A stretch of 64,000 nt of DNA from Candidatus Sericytochromatia bacterium (GCA_040400605.1 JBBAPZ010000006.1:97524-161523); one strand, 5' to 3'. Positions 1 to 9,963 are shown, numbered from the stretch's first letter. The notes: a model not told the origin generated them from the letters alone. Numbers and translations: made by a program.

Positions 1-1270
1 CCACCGGTTTGTCGCTCGGGAAACGGTGTCCCTGCTCAAAAAGACGTTCATACCGGTGCAACTGCCGACGCGGATCCCAATAACGAACCCCATAAGCGTG
101 ATACAACCCATCAGCCAGACAGTCTTGCCCCGGCACCAACAAGGCCCCTCGAACCACCGCGTCAAACGGCCGATCACACATCACCTGATGAGCCGCAAAA
201 TTTTGACGGACCGCCCGCTGAATGCCAGGAATCAATGTGGTACCTCCAACCAGAACCACCGCATCAATGGCGTCACGCGCAACACCTTTTTCCGCAGCGC
301 GTCGCAAGGTCTTTTCAAGCAGCGTCTGAATCGAATGAAACACATTATGTTCAAGCAACAGCGCTTCAAAATCATCCCGTGTGTAACGCGTCCGGAATGA
401 CTTGAGCGTGCCTGCGCAAAAATAAACAAATTCCGCTTCATAAAGGGTTGAAAGCCTTACCTTCACCCGTTCCGCAAGTTCCAGCAACAGTGCCCGATCG
501 TCACCAATCGTGACACTGGACAAACCATGACGTTTCAAAAAATCGTCCACCAGCCACTGGTCGAGATCACAGCCACCCAACAACGCCCCGTCTTTAACAA
601 TCACCTCAGACAGGCCCTGTTCATTCAAAAACGACTCAGCCCCGGACGCCACAACGACACCACGCGCATCGGATGAAAAACGCACCAAAGCCAAATCTAA
701 AGTGCCGCCACCAAAATCGACCATCAACACATACGCCCCTGCTCTTGAAACCCCACAGCCCCAAGCCGCTGCAGTGGGCTCGTCAATCACCCTCAGGCGT
801 GTCACGCCCGCGTCGATCGCAACCTGGCGCAATAGACACAGATAAGCTTCGAACGCCTGAACCGGTGCGGTGATAATCAATTCATCAATCGGCGTATACT
901 CCGCTTGCAGGCGTCTTAACAACGCCAGTAAATACTGGCCCAATACCCAGGCTGAATCAACCGCCATGCCATCCACCACCGGCACAAACGCGTGAACCGC
1001 AGACACAACGGTCCTTTTGAAAGTACGAAAAAACCGCGGGTCACGCGTGTTGGAACCGACCCGGTCGAGGGCGGGCTGCCCAACCAAACACACGCGCTGT
1101 GACGCATTCTCAAGATACAACACGGAAGGAATCAACGAGCCGTTGAAACCCTCCGGCTGAAATACCCCTGCCAGTTCAGACACATTCACGGGGACCACAT
1201 CCTGACCACTGGAGTCAGCCCGCGCGATCACCGTCTGACAGGTTCCCAAATCGATCGCCAGTCGCCCCAT
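1..1270 (-). CDS. Hsp70/DnaK-family ATPase (non-canonical Hsp70 paralog), 3' end runs off the window start
   Basis: Reverse translation from ATG at 1270 gives MGRLAIDLGTCQTVIARADSSGQDVVPV..., then VDFGGGTLDLALV and VVLVGGTTLIPGIQRAV. These are the three actin-like ATPase motifs of Hsp70 (IDLGTTNS, DxGGGTFD, VLVGGxTRIP). The open frame continues to position 1 without a stop, so it is absent from the ORF track. Confidence 0.75.
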   Translation of the reverse strand, partial: MGRLAIDLGTCQTVIARADSSGQDVVPVNVSELAGVFQPEGFNGSLIPSVLYLENASQRVCLVGQPALDRVGSNTRDPRFFRTFKRTVVSAVHAFVPVVDGMAVDSAWVLGQYLLALLRRLQAEYTPIDELIITAPVQAFEAYLCLLRQVAIDAGVTRLRVIDEPTAAAWGCGVSRAGAYVLMVDFGGGTLDLALVRFSSDARGVVVASGAESFLNEQGLSEVIVKDGALLGGCDLDQWLVDDFLKRHGLSSVTIGDDRALLLELAERVKVRLSTLYEAEFVYFCAGTLKSFRTRYTRDDFEALLLEHNVFHSIQTLLEKTLRRAAEKGVARDAIDAVVLVGGTTLIPGIQRAVRQNFAAHQVMCDRPFDAVVRGALLVPGQDCLADGLYHAYGVRYWDPRRQLHRYERLFEQGHRFPSDKPV

Positions 1271-1337
1271 CACGACACTCGCAACCCAAAATGGCCCAGC
1301 GCGTGTCCCATTGCCACGCTCAAACCCAAACGAACCA

Positions 1338-1952
1338 TCAAGGAACCGGCAAACCCAAACATTCCTTCACCTCGACCTCAATCGCAAAGCGTACCCGATC
1401 CCGCTCTTCCTTGGTACGCGCCGCCTTCAAGCGCCCGCGATAAGCCGCCTCAATCTGTCGCCTGGTCGCAACCATCTGTCGCAAAGAATCCAGGACATAC
1501 GGCCAAGAAACCTGAAGCGACACATCATTCAACACAATCGCGGGCGGCGGATAAAAACCAATCCCGACATCATCGGACCCGACGATGTGGCCGACGGGCC
1601 CTGCCACCCAACGATTTGCGCGTTGTTTGACAAACGCCAGCAACCATTGATCCTTGACAAAAGCTGGCGGCATCTGAAATCGCCCCTGCTGGTGCGCTCC
1701 AACAAAGTGAATCGCAAGCTTGGGCGCAGCCGCCGTGCCCAGAAACGCCTCAGTGACCTCCACATTCACTCGCGTCACCGCAGTTTTGGGATCAGGCCAG
1801 CAATCATCGCGAACACGGCCTAAAACAACCAGTTGCGCCGACTTCGCCTCCAGGTTGAGCCAGCCGATCAAAGGCATGACCAAAGGCTCAGCATTCACAC
1901 CAACCGCAACCAAGCCCCAAATCACTAAACCAACCAAACAACGTCGCCACAT
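1338..1952 (-). CDS. hypothetical secreted protein (N-terminal signal peptide)
   Basis: 204-aa ORF with hydrophobic N-terminus MWRRCLVGLVIWGLVAVGVNAEP. The + strand ORF 1311..1823 in the same place is low complexity and basic and looks spurious. No recognisable domain. Confidence 0.45.
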   Translation of the reverse strand: MWRRCLVGLVIWGLVAVGVNAEPLVMPLIGWLNLEAKSAQLVVLGRVRDDCWPDPKTAVTRVNVEVTEAFLGTAAAPKLAIHFVGAHQQGRFQMPPAFVKDQWLLAFVKQRANRWVAGPVGHIVGSDDVGIGFYPPPAIVLNDVSLQVSWPYVLDSLRQMVATRRQIEAAYRGRLKAARTKEERDRVRFAIEVEVKECLGLPVP

Positions 1953-2155
1953 ACTCCCATACTACCCGACACCATTCGTTCAATAACGATACTCGAAACA
2001 CCGAATAGTCCGATCAGACACCCCGGACCACCGCTCGATGTCAGCGCGATCAGACTTTTTCGAACCACGCCGGTTCGCATGTTGAGACACAACTTTAGCT
2101 GCGCGCACGTTTTGACATTCGACGGCACAACCATTCAGGCGTTGACTCCCCTGCG

Positions 2156-2183
2156 ACACTAAAAAGCCCCCCACCTTGGGGGG
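2156..2183 (-). terminator. rho-independent terminator downstream of the ABC/DUF4340 operon (minus strand)
   Basis: GCCCCCC-ACCTT-GGGGGGC hairpin. On the minus strand it is followed by CTTTTT, immediately after the DUF4340 gene end at 2207. Confidence 0.5.
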
Positions 2184-2206
2184 CGAATGTACAGTCTGCG
2201 TTGTTA

Positions 2207-2950
2207 TCAGGACGCAACGGGGGTTGGCGATGAGACTGGCGACACGGTTGCACTGGGCGAAGGCGTTGCCGAAGGTGTTGGTGTCTCAAGCGGCGCCTGT
2301 GATGGGGAAGCGACCGAATCAACCGATGCCGGAACAGCGCGACGGCCCCTGCGACGGCCAGGAACGCTCTTCGGCGCGACCGAAGGCGCAACAGATGGTG
2401 ACGCACTGGGACTCGGCAATGCCACCAACGGTGGTGTCAAGCCCAATGCGCGCCAGCCATCTACCCTGAAACTCGCAATCGCATACACTGCATCATCTTT
2501 GAAGGAATGAGCGTAATACGCATCTCCAATCGCATTTTTTTGGCCCAGTTCGAGCTTATACGGCGACTTGGCATCACCGAGGGTCAGCACAAAAGAAGGC
2601 TTATCCAAACCATACTTACCTAATTCGGCCAAACCATCCTGAACTTTTCGCGTTGCCATCAAATTGCGGTAATTGTTGTAAGCCGCATTGAACGTCGCAC
2701 TGTCGACATCACGTTTCGGTTCGGTTGACAATCGCCACTGGACACCGTCGTACTCATAAACAGCGGTCTTGCCATCCACGTTGACCTCGAAGCGCTTCAG
2801 TGCCGTTGCCGCGGCATCCGACATGCTCCAGACCTCGACATCCGTCGTCTCGCCTTTAAGCTCGCGCTTGGACTCGACAAAATAGGCATACCCAACCAAG
2901 ATGATTGCCGCTGCGAGCAGCCCCAAAGTCATTTGCTGACGTGCACGCAT
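2207..2950 (-). CDS. DUF4340-family protein with Pro/Ser/Thr-rich C-terminal tail (accessory to GldG-type ABC systems)
   Basis: N-terminal TM anchor (LGLLAAAIILVGYAY) and low-complexity PS-rich C-terminus (SPSASPSVAPSVAPKS...TPSPSATVSPVSSPTPVAS). It lies directly downstream of a gldG-like gene, the usual DUF4340 position. Confidence 0.65.
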   Translation of the reverse strand: MRARQQMTLGLLAAAIILVGYAYFVESKRELKGETTDVEVWSMSDAAATALKRFEVNVDGKTAVYEYDGVQWRLSTEPKRDVDSATFNAAYNNYRNLMATRKVQDGLAELGKYGLDKPSFVLTLGDAKSPYKLELGQKNAIGDAYYAHSFKDDAVYAIASFRVDGWRALGLTPPLVALPSPSASPSVAPSVAPKSVPGRRRGRRAVPASVDSVASPSQAPLETPTPSATPSPSATVSPVSSPTPVAS

Positions 2951-2952
2951 GC

Positions 2953-4575
2953 TTATCTCCTCCGATACCAGACATAGCCCGCCAATGACAGCAGGAACAA
3001 GGGGAACACCAAAACACTACTGAACATGATCATCTGGAACTGCCACGGGGTAAAATTGATGTTCTTGCTGCTCATGTCCTTGGGCGGGATGGAGACCAGA
3101 CTTTCCTCGTCAGCCATCCAGTTGAGTGAATTCAAGAAAAGGTCCCCGTTGTTGAGATCACTGAAACACTGATTGCTCAAGAAACTGGAGTTCCCTGCAA
3201 CGATCAGGCGCCCTTTGCCCTTTTCAGCCAACATCATGATCGGCAAAGGCCCCTTCTTGTCCTTGGCAGCATCGAACTGGGGACGGCGTTCCATCAGGTT
3301 CGTTTCACCCCACGACTCCGCTGACGTTTCAACCAAGGGCGTCACATTGGTCACACCGGTTGGCAATGCCGCCGCCTTACCCAAGGAACGTGCCGACAGG
3401 AAATACGTCACACCCAAGCCCTGCGTGACGGTGTGGTAAGGAAACTTTGTAATCACAGGCGCTGCCATGTTGCCTTGCACATTGTTTCTGATGCCGGGCT
3501 CAAGCACGAGATCATCACGAACCTCAATGCCATAGTTCTTCACCATGTCACCCAATCCGGCATTCGTCGCCGGATGCAGCGAGACAAACACGCGACCACC
3601 ATTGTCAACATAGTTCTGCAAAGCGACCAACTCTTTTAGCGGCAACGGCTTGGTAGGCCCGGCAACAACTACCAACGCAGCGTCTGAAGGCACTTGGGCC
3701 CGGGAATACAGGGTTAATGAATCCGTCTTGTAGTTTTGTTTGGTCAAGGCATCCTTGGCATTACTCAACCCGAACCGGGTGTCGTAACTGTCCAAGGACA
3801 TTTCACCGTGCCCGGTCAAAAAGTAAATGACCTTTTGGCCGGATTGCGTGACTTTCAACAAGGCTGACGTGAGATCTTGTTCCTGAGAAGCCGTGATGGT
3901 CGTCTTGCGGGTGCCCCGTTGCAGCACGCTGGTTCCATAGGCCGTGACGTTTTCAGCGCGCGCAATTGCCGGTTCACGGTCCGCATCAATGACATCCAAT
4001 GTCAGGCGATCGCCCGCTTCATACTTGTATTCGTTCCACAAAGTCTTCAAATTCGTCGAATAACTGTCCCCGGATTTGATGAACAACGTCACCTTGACCG
4101 GCTCTTTCAAGTTCTTGAGGATCTTTTTGGTCTGTTCAGACAAACTGTATTGCTTATCCTTGGTCACATCCCAATGCAACGGGTGTCTCACACCGATATA
4201 GTTCAATGCACCAAGAATTCCGATGAAGGCCAAAATCTGGACCGCTCCGGTCATGCCGCTCACCGCGTGACGATGACGGAAAGCCTTCACAATCTGCTTT
4301 TCATAAATGAGCGCCGTCGTCAGGACATACAGCACCATAAATACATAACCGGCATTGCGAATCCAACCCGTGGCACTGACCCAAAACACAGGCAGATTCC
4401 CAGCCCATTTCCACTGCAGGCCCGGTACCGTGAACGGCGCAGCCAAGAAACCCAGCAACAGAGCGACAACCAAACACACGATCGCAAGCAACCCGAAATA
4501 CAGATTACTCTTGTCGAGGGCGGGTGGTACCCGCGTCTCATCCAACTGCGACTTTTCTTTATCCATAGCAACCAA
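2953..4575 (-). CDS. GldG-like ABC transporter auxiliary component
   Basis: 540 aa with N-terminal TM helices, a large extracytoplasmic domain and a C-terminal TM (MIMFSSVLVFPLFLLSLAGYVWYRRR). Located between an ABC-2 permease and a DUF4340 gene. Confidence 0.75.
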   Translation of the reverse strand: MVAMDKEKSQLDETRVPPALDKSNLYFGLLAIVCLVVALLLGFLAAPFTVPGLQWKWAGNLPVFWVSATGWIRNAGYVFMVLYVLTTALIYEKQIVKAFRHRHAVSGMTGAVQILAFIGILGALNYIGVRHPLHWDVTKDKQYSLSEQTKKILKNLKEPVKVTLFIKSGDSYSTNLKTLWNEYKYEAGDRLTLDVIDADREPAIARAENVTAYGTSVLQRGTRKTTITASQEQDLTSALLKVTQSGQKVIYFLTGHGEMSLDSYDTRFGLSNAKDALTKQNYKTDSLTLYSRAQVPSDAALVVVAGPTKPLPLKELVALQNYVDNGGRVFVSLHPATNAGLGDMVKNYGIEVRDDLVLEPGIRNNVQGNMAAPVITKFPYHTVTQGLGVTYFLSARSLGKAAALPTGVTNVTPLVETSAESWGETNLMERRPQFDAAKDKKGPLPIMMLAEKGKGRLIVAGNSSFLSNQCFSDLNNGDLFLNSLNWMADEESLVSIPPKDMSSKNINFTPWQFQMIMFSSVLVFPLFLLSLAGYVWYRRR

Positions 4576-4636
4576 TCTCCTATCAGGGCTCTCACCCAGT
4601 TTCTCAAGTCAAGCTCAAAAACAAGTGAGACTTATC

Positions 4637-5347
4637 CTAACGCCAGTGATAGGTCTCGACCGAACGCACCGTCAAAAACAGCGATACCACAATGAAGCTG
4701 AGGTAGAAAATCAGATCCGAACTCTCGATAATGCCACGCCCAAGCTTATCTTGGTGGTTCATCACCGACAAATAAGTCAAGACGTCCCCGGCCGTGCCAC
4801 CAAAGACCTGACCGGCTGAAGGCAACAACCAGAGCAACAAAGACACGGCAAAACTGACCATTGCTGCGATGATCATGTTGGATGTCAACGAACTGGCCCA
4901 TAAGCCGACCGCCAAGAATGACGCACCAAGCAAAAATGACCCGAGGTAGCCGGTAAACAGCATGCCCCAGTCAAGCGACGTAGTAAGACAAAGTCCGAGC
5001 GGAAAGACCAAGGTCAGGGCCATCAGAAACATCAAGTAGCCCAAGGCTGACAAATATTTGCCCAAGACCAGGTCGTGATCACGAATCGGTGAGGTCAAGA
5101 GCAGTTCAATTGTGCCTGTTTTGCGTTCTTCCGCGATGAGCCTCATGGTCAAAGCAGGCACAATCAGCAAGAACATCACGGCCATGTTTTGAAACAGCGG
5201 TTGGAAGTTTGCCTGGCGGGTGTGATAGATAATGAGCGAAAACAAGTAGCCTACGATCGCAATGAACATCGCCGCGATGACATACGCCAAAGGCGAGGCA
5301 AAATAGGCTCGAAACTCGCGCTCGGCGATCGCCATAATCTTAGACAT
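4637..5347 (-). CDS. ABC-2 family transporter permease (GldF-like)
   Basis: Multi-TM protein with the ABC-2 motif IAEREFRAYFASPLAYVIAAMF. Start chosen at ATG 5347 (MSKIMAIAEREF) with a GGAGG 6 nt upstream; it overlaps the ATPase stop by 8 nt. Confidence 0.8.
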   Translation of the reverse strand: MSKIMAIAEREFRAYFASPLAYVIAAMFIAIVGYLFSLIIYHTRQANFQPLFQNMAVMFLLIVPALTMRLIAEERKTGTIELLLTSPIRDHDLVLGKYLSALGYLMFLMALTLVFPLGLCLTTSLDWGMLFTGYLGSFLLGASFLAVGLWASSLTSNMIIAAMVSFAVSLLLWLLPSAGQVFGGTAGDVLTYLSVMNHQDKLGRGIIESSDLIFYLSFIVVSLFLTVRSVETYHWR

Positions 5348-6314
5348 GATGCACCTCCTTGACCGCGGCATCGTCTGACGCACCACTCGTCAATTTCAAG
5401 AAAATATCTTCCAGTGACAGGTTGATGCTCTTCATCTCAACCAGATTCCAACCCGCGCCGACGACCAAACTGGCCACTTTTTCACGAAGATCCGACTCAC
5501 CTCGACTGGTTAACTCAACCAGGACGAGATCCACTTTCTCCGGGTGAGCGCTCACCTGGAGATCACTGACGCCCGGCAATTCCAGCAAACGCGCCTTCAC
5601 TTCGGTCATCGGACCACGAACCGTCACAGACAGGCGTTCGCCACCTTGCAAACGTTCTTCGAGGTCTTCGGGCTTGCCCTCCGCCACGACGCGCCCTTGG
5701 TTGATAATCAACACGCGGGAGCACGTATTCTGAACTTCCTGCAAAATATGCGTGGACAAAATAATCGTGTGGTTCACCGACAATTCTTTGATCAACGCAC
5801 GAATCTGAATGATCTGACCCGGGTCTAAACCACTGGTCGGCTCATCAAGAATCAAAACCGGCGGATTGTGGATCAAAGCTTGCGCGATGCCGACGCGTTG
5901 CCGATACCCTTTCGACAGTTGACCAATCACCTGATTGGCGCGATCCCGCAAAAAACACTTCTCCAAAACAAAATTCAACCGCTCCTTGCGAACCTTGCGG
6001 TCCAGACCCTTCAGCTTCGCAACGAAGTTTAAATAATCCGACACCGTCATTTCCGGATACACCGGCGGAAGCTCCGGCAAATACCCGAGCAAGGCCTTCG
6101 CCGCCAAGGTGTCTTCAGCCATGTCATGGCCACCAATTTCAACAGTGCCCGAGGTCGGACTCAAAAAACCGGTCAACATCCGCATCGTCGTGGACTTGCC
6201 AGCACCATTAGGCCCCAAAAAGCCAATAACTTCACCTGCGTCGACCCGGAAACTGACATCATTGACCGCCGTGCGATCGCCGTAGCGTTTGATCAGATTT
6301 TTGACAACTATCAT
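5340..6314 (-). CDS. ABC transporter ATP-binding protein (GldA-like)
   Basis: Walker A GPNGAGKST, signature LSKGYRQRV and Walker B LILDEPTSGLD are all present. Start re-set to ATG 6314 (MIVVKNLIKRYG) with GGAG 6 nt upstream; the track's 6383 start adds 23 unlikely residues. Confidence 0.85.
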   Translation of the reverse strand: MIVVKNLIKRYGDRTAVNDVSFRVDAGEVIGFLGPNGAGKSTTMRMLTGFLSPTSGTVEIGGHDMAEDTLAAKALLGYLPELPPVYPEMTVSDYLNFVAKLKGLDRKVRKERLNFVLEKCFLRDRANQVIGQLSKGYRQRVGIAQALIHNPPVLILDEPTSGLDPGQIIQIRALIKELSVNHTIILSTHILQEVQNTCSRVLIINQGRVVAEGKPEDLEERLQGGERLSVTVRGPMTEVKARLLELPGVSDLQVSAHPEKVDLVLVELTSRGESDLREKVASLVVGAGWNLVEMKSINLSLEDIFLKLTSGASDDAAVKEVHHV

Positions 6315-6885
6315 GGGCGTCTCCACTTCTTCATGCCTCGGTTCTCCCTTACTTTTCAAGCCGTCACAAACGTATCTTTGCAACGTCCGACAACGAAGGC
6401 ACGCAGGCTCTTGACCAATTCGTGCACCATCAACGGATGGCCGTCTGGTATTTTACCAAACCTTCAAGGAAATATTACAGGTGCACGAAAAACGAAAAAA
6501 CACTTCAACCTTCAAAGGCACATCGCACGCAAAGAAGCGCGACGCCATCCACCAAGCGACGCGGCCTGATTCAGCGCTTCAAACTGCCAATCAAGCCCGC
6601 CTGCGACAGTTTAATCCCAGGAAATCATCACCCGATCGATTGAAACGATTCGATGGGCACGACGGTTGGTCTTCATTTGCACGTGACGTAAATTTACACA
6701 ATCACGGTAAGGATTTTCCAGAAACGTTTCGATTTATTGACCCGCCGAGCACGTGTCAAGCGCTTGGTGTGATCACCCTGCATCAATGCCCAAAGTCACT
6801 CGACGTGCAACCTATCCGTGACATTGTCAGTCTGCGTGAGACGAACTTGTCGAGCCAACAGCCGTTCAAAATGCCGTCAAGGCCC

Positions 6886-7971
6886 TTACGCCCGAGCTAC
6901 CGGCGAGTAATAATGGCTCATGCGCGTCCAACCTGAAAAGAAGTCCGGCAACTCTTGGAGCAAGAAATTCGAATTTGCTACCCAACGGGTACGACCCGTA
7001 TCGGTGTCATGAACCCGAAACTCGCGATCATAGGCCCCTTGCCGTGTACCCGTCAGCAACATGAAATGGCCAGACCCATTTTGATACTCCACACGAATGG
7101 GAACGTCATACCCCTCAACGAGTGTTCGCGCAATATGGTCCAATGCCTGTGAGGTACTGGACACGGAATAGCCCGAATACCGAACATCGGTCATGGTCGA
7201 CACATATTTGTTGACCAGCTCATCAAGGGCAATGCCCCGTCCACCGCTTTGTCCAGGGAGGACCGCTTTGCCCCCAAACTCTTCCAGCCACTCTTTTTGC
7301 TGCGAGGCCACGCCAAATGCGGTGCCGTAGGGATCAACCTGCGCCGGATTCTGCCACCGGTTCAACTCCCACGCATAACGTGGATTGGCTTCTCCCGCGA
7401 GCAACTGCAACACGGCTGGCCCACAGGAATCCTGCCATTGTTGCTTTAAATCCTGACTGTCCCGCATTGTGGACATTGAGTAAATCGTTGATTCACTCTG
7501 CCCCCGCATCTGATTCGCATAGTCCACCACGTTTTCCCACGGCTCCCTGGCTGCCAGCGCTTTCAGGATAAAAACCTGCTCCAATCCCGTATAAGCCGCA
7601 TTGACGAGATTACGAATGGACTCAAGCTGCAAGCCATTATACTGATTCAGCATGCCAACAAGGGTCTGGTACTGCGAAAACCCGGCGAGATCCTGCATCG
7701 CGCCTCGGTACAGAATGGTCGACAATTCACGACGCAACCCGTCGGGATTGCGATAATCAACCTGGACCAAAGTTCTCAAATCGCCACCCGCACTACCGCC
7801 AATCGGCGAAGCAGCCGTGACATCAGCCTTCGCCGCCGGACGGGCCTGCCAAGTATCTCGCCCCAAACCGGCTGTCGCCCCACCCATGGACGACTGCACA
7901 GGGCTGAGATATTGAACGGCAAGCCGTGCCGTGGCAACCGGAATCAGTGGATTGACGGTGCGAATGGTCAT
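6886..7971 (-). CDS. hypothetical protein with C-terminal peptidase-C39-like (papain-fold) domain
   Basis: QDSCGPAVLQLL resembles the nCGPtSlaMvL Cys motif of the C39_2/BtrH_N family. A downstream SGHFMLLTG (His) and RVHDTDTGRTRWV (Asp) follow. The N-terminal ~180 aa has no recognisable domain and no clear signal peptide. Confidence 0.5.
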   Translation of the reverse strand: MTIRTVNPLIPVATARLAVQYLSPVQSSMGGATAGLGRDTWQARPAAKADVTAASPIGGSAGGDLRTLVQVDYRNPDGLRRELSTILYRGAMQDLAGFSQYQTLVGMLNQYNGLQLESIRNLVNAAYTGLEQVFILKALAAREPWENVVDYANQMRGQSESTIYSMSTMRDSQDLKQQWQDSCGPAVLQLLAGEANPRYAWELNRWQNPAQVDPYGTAFGVASQQKEWLEEFGGKAVLPGQSGGRGIALDELVNKYVSTMTDVRYSGYSVSSTSQALDHIARTLVEGYDVPIRVEYQNGSGHFMLLTGTRQGAYDREFRVHDTDTGRTRWVANSNFLLQELPDFFSGWTRMSHYYSPVARA

Positions 7972-8166
7972 AGGCCTCTAATCACACAAGCAGTCAGGTG
8001 AGTACTGTTTTCTTTATGGACCGTTTGGCCGCACATCTTGCTAAAAAACTTTTAAAACCATGTTTTGCTTAAGCTAGGTCGCAAAAGATGAGGCCGCTTA
8101 TTGTGGGATGACGACGTGTGCAAAGCCGAGACCATCGCCCCCGCCAAGCGAGCAAAGTCTGGGAGT

Positions 8167-9174
8167 TCACTCGCTTCGGGTGGCATTAACCACCGAGACA
8201 GGCACGCGTGCCTCCAGAGAAGCCGCGTTCCACGTGGCATTCGTGGAGGCAGTGATCACGGTCTGCCCCGGCGCCAACGACACAACACGCCCCGTCTCAC
8301 TGACCGTCACGATGCTCGAATCACCCGTACCCCAATGGACATCCGCATCGATGGCACCACCCCACGTCGTGATTGTCGAACGCAACCACGACGTATCCCC
8401 GACTCGCATCGTCAGTGCAGACGGTGTCACACCAATGCCGCGGATCGCCTCTTTCGCCAAAGGCGCCTGCACCGTGACCTGGGTCTTCGCAGTTACACCG
8501 TCGTAGGACTGTGAGGAAGCCTCAATCGTGACAACACCTGGCCTTAGTGCCAACAAATCACCATTATCCCCGATCTGAGCGATCGTTGGATCAGAACTGC
8601 GCCAACGCGCCTGACCGACCACCTCGGCACCACCCGCACCCTGCGAAAAAACGAATTGCCACGTTCTGCCAACGGCTACCAGCGCGTCCGTGGGCTGAAT
8701 GCGCGCCTGAATAATACCGTCAAACCGATTTTCTGGTAACCGAGCTTCCACCCCGACACTCCCATCGGTTCCCAGGACACCTGCCGCCGACACAACCTGT
8801 AACGTGGCGCGGGCTTCACGCGGCGGGTTGACGGTTGTTGCCAAAATCGTGACACGTCCCTCACGCAAACCACGGACAAGGCCTCGGTCAGTGATACTCG
8901 CGATTGCCTGGGATGATAGTCGCCACCGTGCGGCCACACCAAGCGCCAGTCCCGCCTCGTCACGTCCAATCACGTTGAATTGCCCCGTCTCTCCCACCCG
9001 AATGCTCAAGGTGGCCGGCTGCACCTCCAGGCTGAACAGGCGCGAGCCCTCCGAATTACCTGGATTCGGTGCCAACGGCAGATCATTGTTGCAGGCCATT
9101 GCCCCACACGCAGCGACAGCCACCAGCAAACGACGGGCGCCAAGGCGATTCAAATGACGGAAAAGCCGGGTCAT
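8167..9174 (-). CDS. lipoprotein with tandem bacterial Ig-like (Big_2-type) domains
   Basis: Lipobox LLVAVAACGAMAC followed by about four ~75-aa repeats with the Big_2-like pattern (L.V.P....L.VGET..L.A......V.W.SSD..IA.V...G.V.A...G...ITA). Its start overlaps the upstream phosphatase stop. Confidence 0.6.
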   Translation of the reverse strand: MTRLFRHLNRLGARRLLVAVAACGAMACNNDLPLAPNPGNSEGSRLFSLEVQPATLSIRVGETGQFNVIGRDEAGLALGVAARWRLSSQAIASITDRGLVRGLREGRVTILATTVNPPREARATLQVVSAAGVLGTDGSVGVEARLPENRFDGIIQARIQPTDALVAVGRTWQFVFSQGAGGAEVVGQARWRSSDPTIAQIGDNGDLLALRPGVVTIEASSQSYDGVTAKTQVTVQAPLAKEAIRGIGVTPSALTMRVGDTSWLRSTITTWGGAIDADVHWGTGDSSIVTVSETGRVVSLAPGQTVITASTNATWNAASLEARVPVSVVNATRSE

Positions 9175-9908
9175 TCCCTGACATCCTCACTTTTTCGGGG
9201 AGCCACGCGCTCCCAGTGTGTCATCAACCACGCATACACACGTTGCCAGACACCTCGCCCCGTGCTTGGGGTGACCGTCGCTGGGATTGGCCGATTCAGC
9301 AAGCGACACTGTTCGGTCACCGGCAACTCCGACCACCAGGCGTAAAAATCCGGTACATAATCAAGCTTGACACGCTGTCCGTGCTCATTGAGTCCGAACT
9401 GACGCATTTCTGCGATCGCCTCCTCAACAGTCCAGCCATCCCGCGCGATGCGCAGGCAAGCAGCCATCGTGCCAGTGCGATCCACCCCGTGGTAACAATG
9501 AAAAAAAACCACGCCGTGCGCCGGGTCCGTCACATTCATCAAAAACCGTGCGGTGTCGAGATGCGACGGAGCAGCCAGTGGTGGAAGCGGCAAATAGACA
9601 TAGTTCAACGCAAGCTCAGCCAACACCTCCCGTTCATGATCACTCTCCAGTCGCAAATTGATCACCGTGTGCACACCGAGTTCCTTCAACCGGACAAAGG
9701 CCTTACGGCTCGGCTGCGCACCGCGAAAAATCCCTGCACCCAACTCACCAAAACGCTCAACTTGATCACCCCCGGGAAACCAACGGGTCACCTCACCATA
9801 AAGCCACAGACCGGCCTGACGCAACACGGGCAAGTGCTCTCCGGCACGCCTGACACGCGTCGCAAAACCATGCACCATCGCAGCAAAACGCGGCGAATCC
9901 GACTGCAT
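9171..9908 (-). CDS. protein tyrosine / dual-specificity phosphatase (CX5R active site)
   Basis: HCYHGVDRTG is the CX5R P-loop of the PTP/DSP superfamily. Start taken at ATG 9908 (MQSDSPRF) with GAGG upstream; the longer track ORF to 9980 would overlap the kinase. Confidence 0.7.
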   Translation of the reverse strand: MQSDSPRFAAMVHGFATRVRRAGEHLPVLRQAGLWLYGEVTRWFPGGDQVERFGELGAGIFRGAQPSRKAFVRLKELGVHTVINLRLESDHEREVLAELALNYVYLPLPPLAAPSHLDTARFLMNVTDPAHGVVFFHCYHGVDRTGTMAACLRIARDGWTVEEAIAEMRQFGLNEHGQRVKLDYVPDFYAWWSELPVTEQCRLLNRPIPATVTPSTGRGVWQRVYAWLMTHWERVAPRKSEDVRE

Positions 9909-9963
9909 GAGCGGCCTCGTCGGAACACGGGGCTCAACGTCGCGTGCAATCACACAGCCATCG

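Noticed and set aside
3877-4695. 272-aa + ORF
   Set aside because: Antisense to the gldG-like gene.
6481-6936. 151-aa basic, low-complexity + ORF in the ABC-operon leader
   Set aside because: Biased composition (K/R/P/S-rich), no RBS and no motif. More parsimoniously non-coding regulatory DNA.
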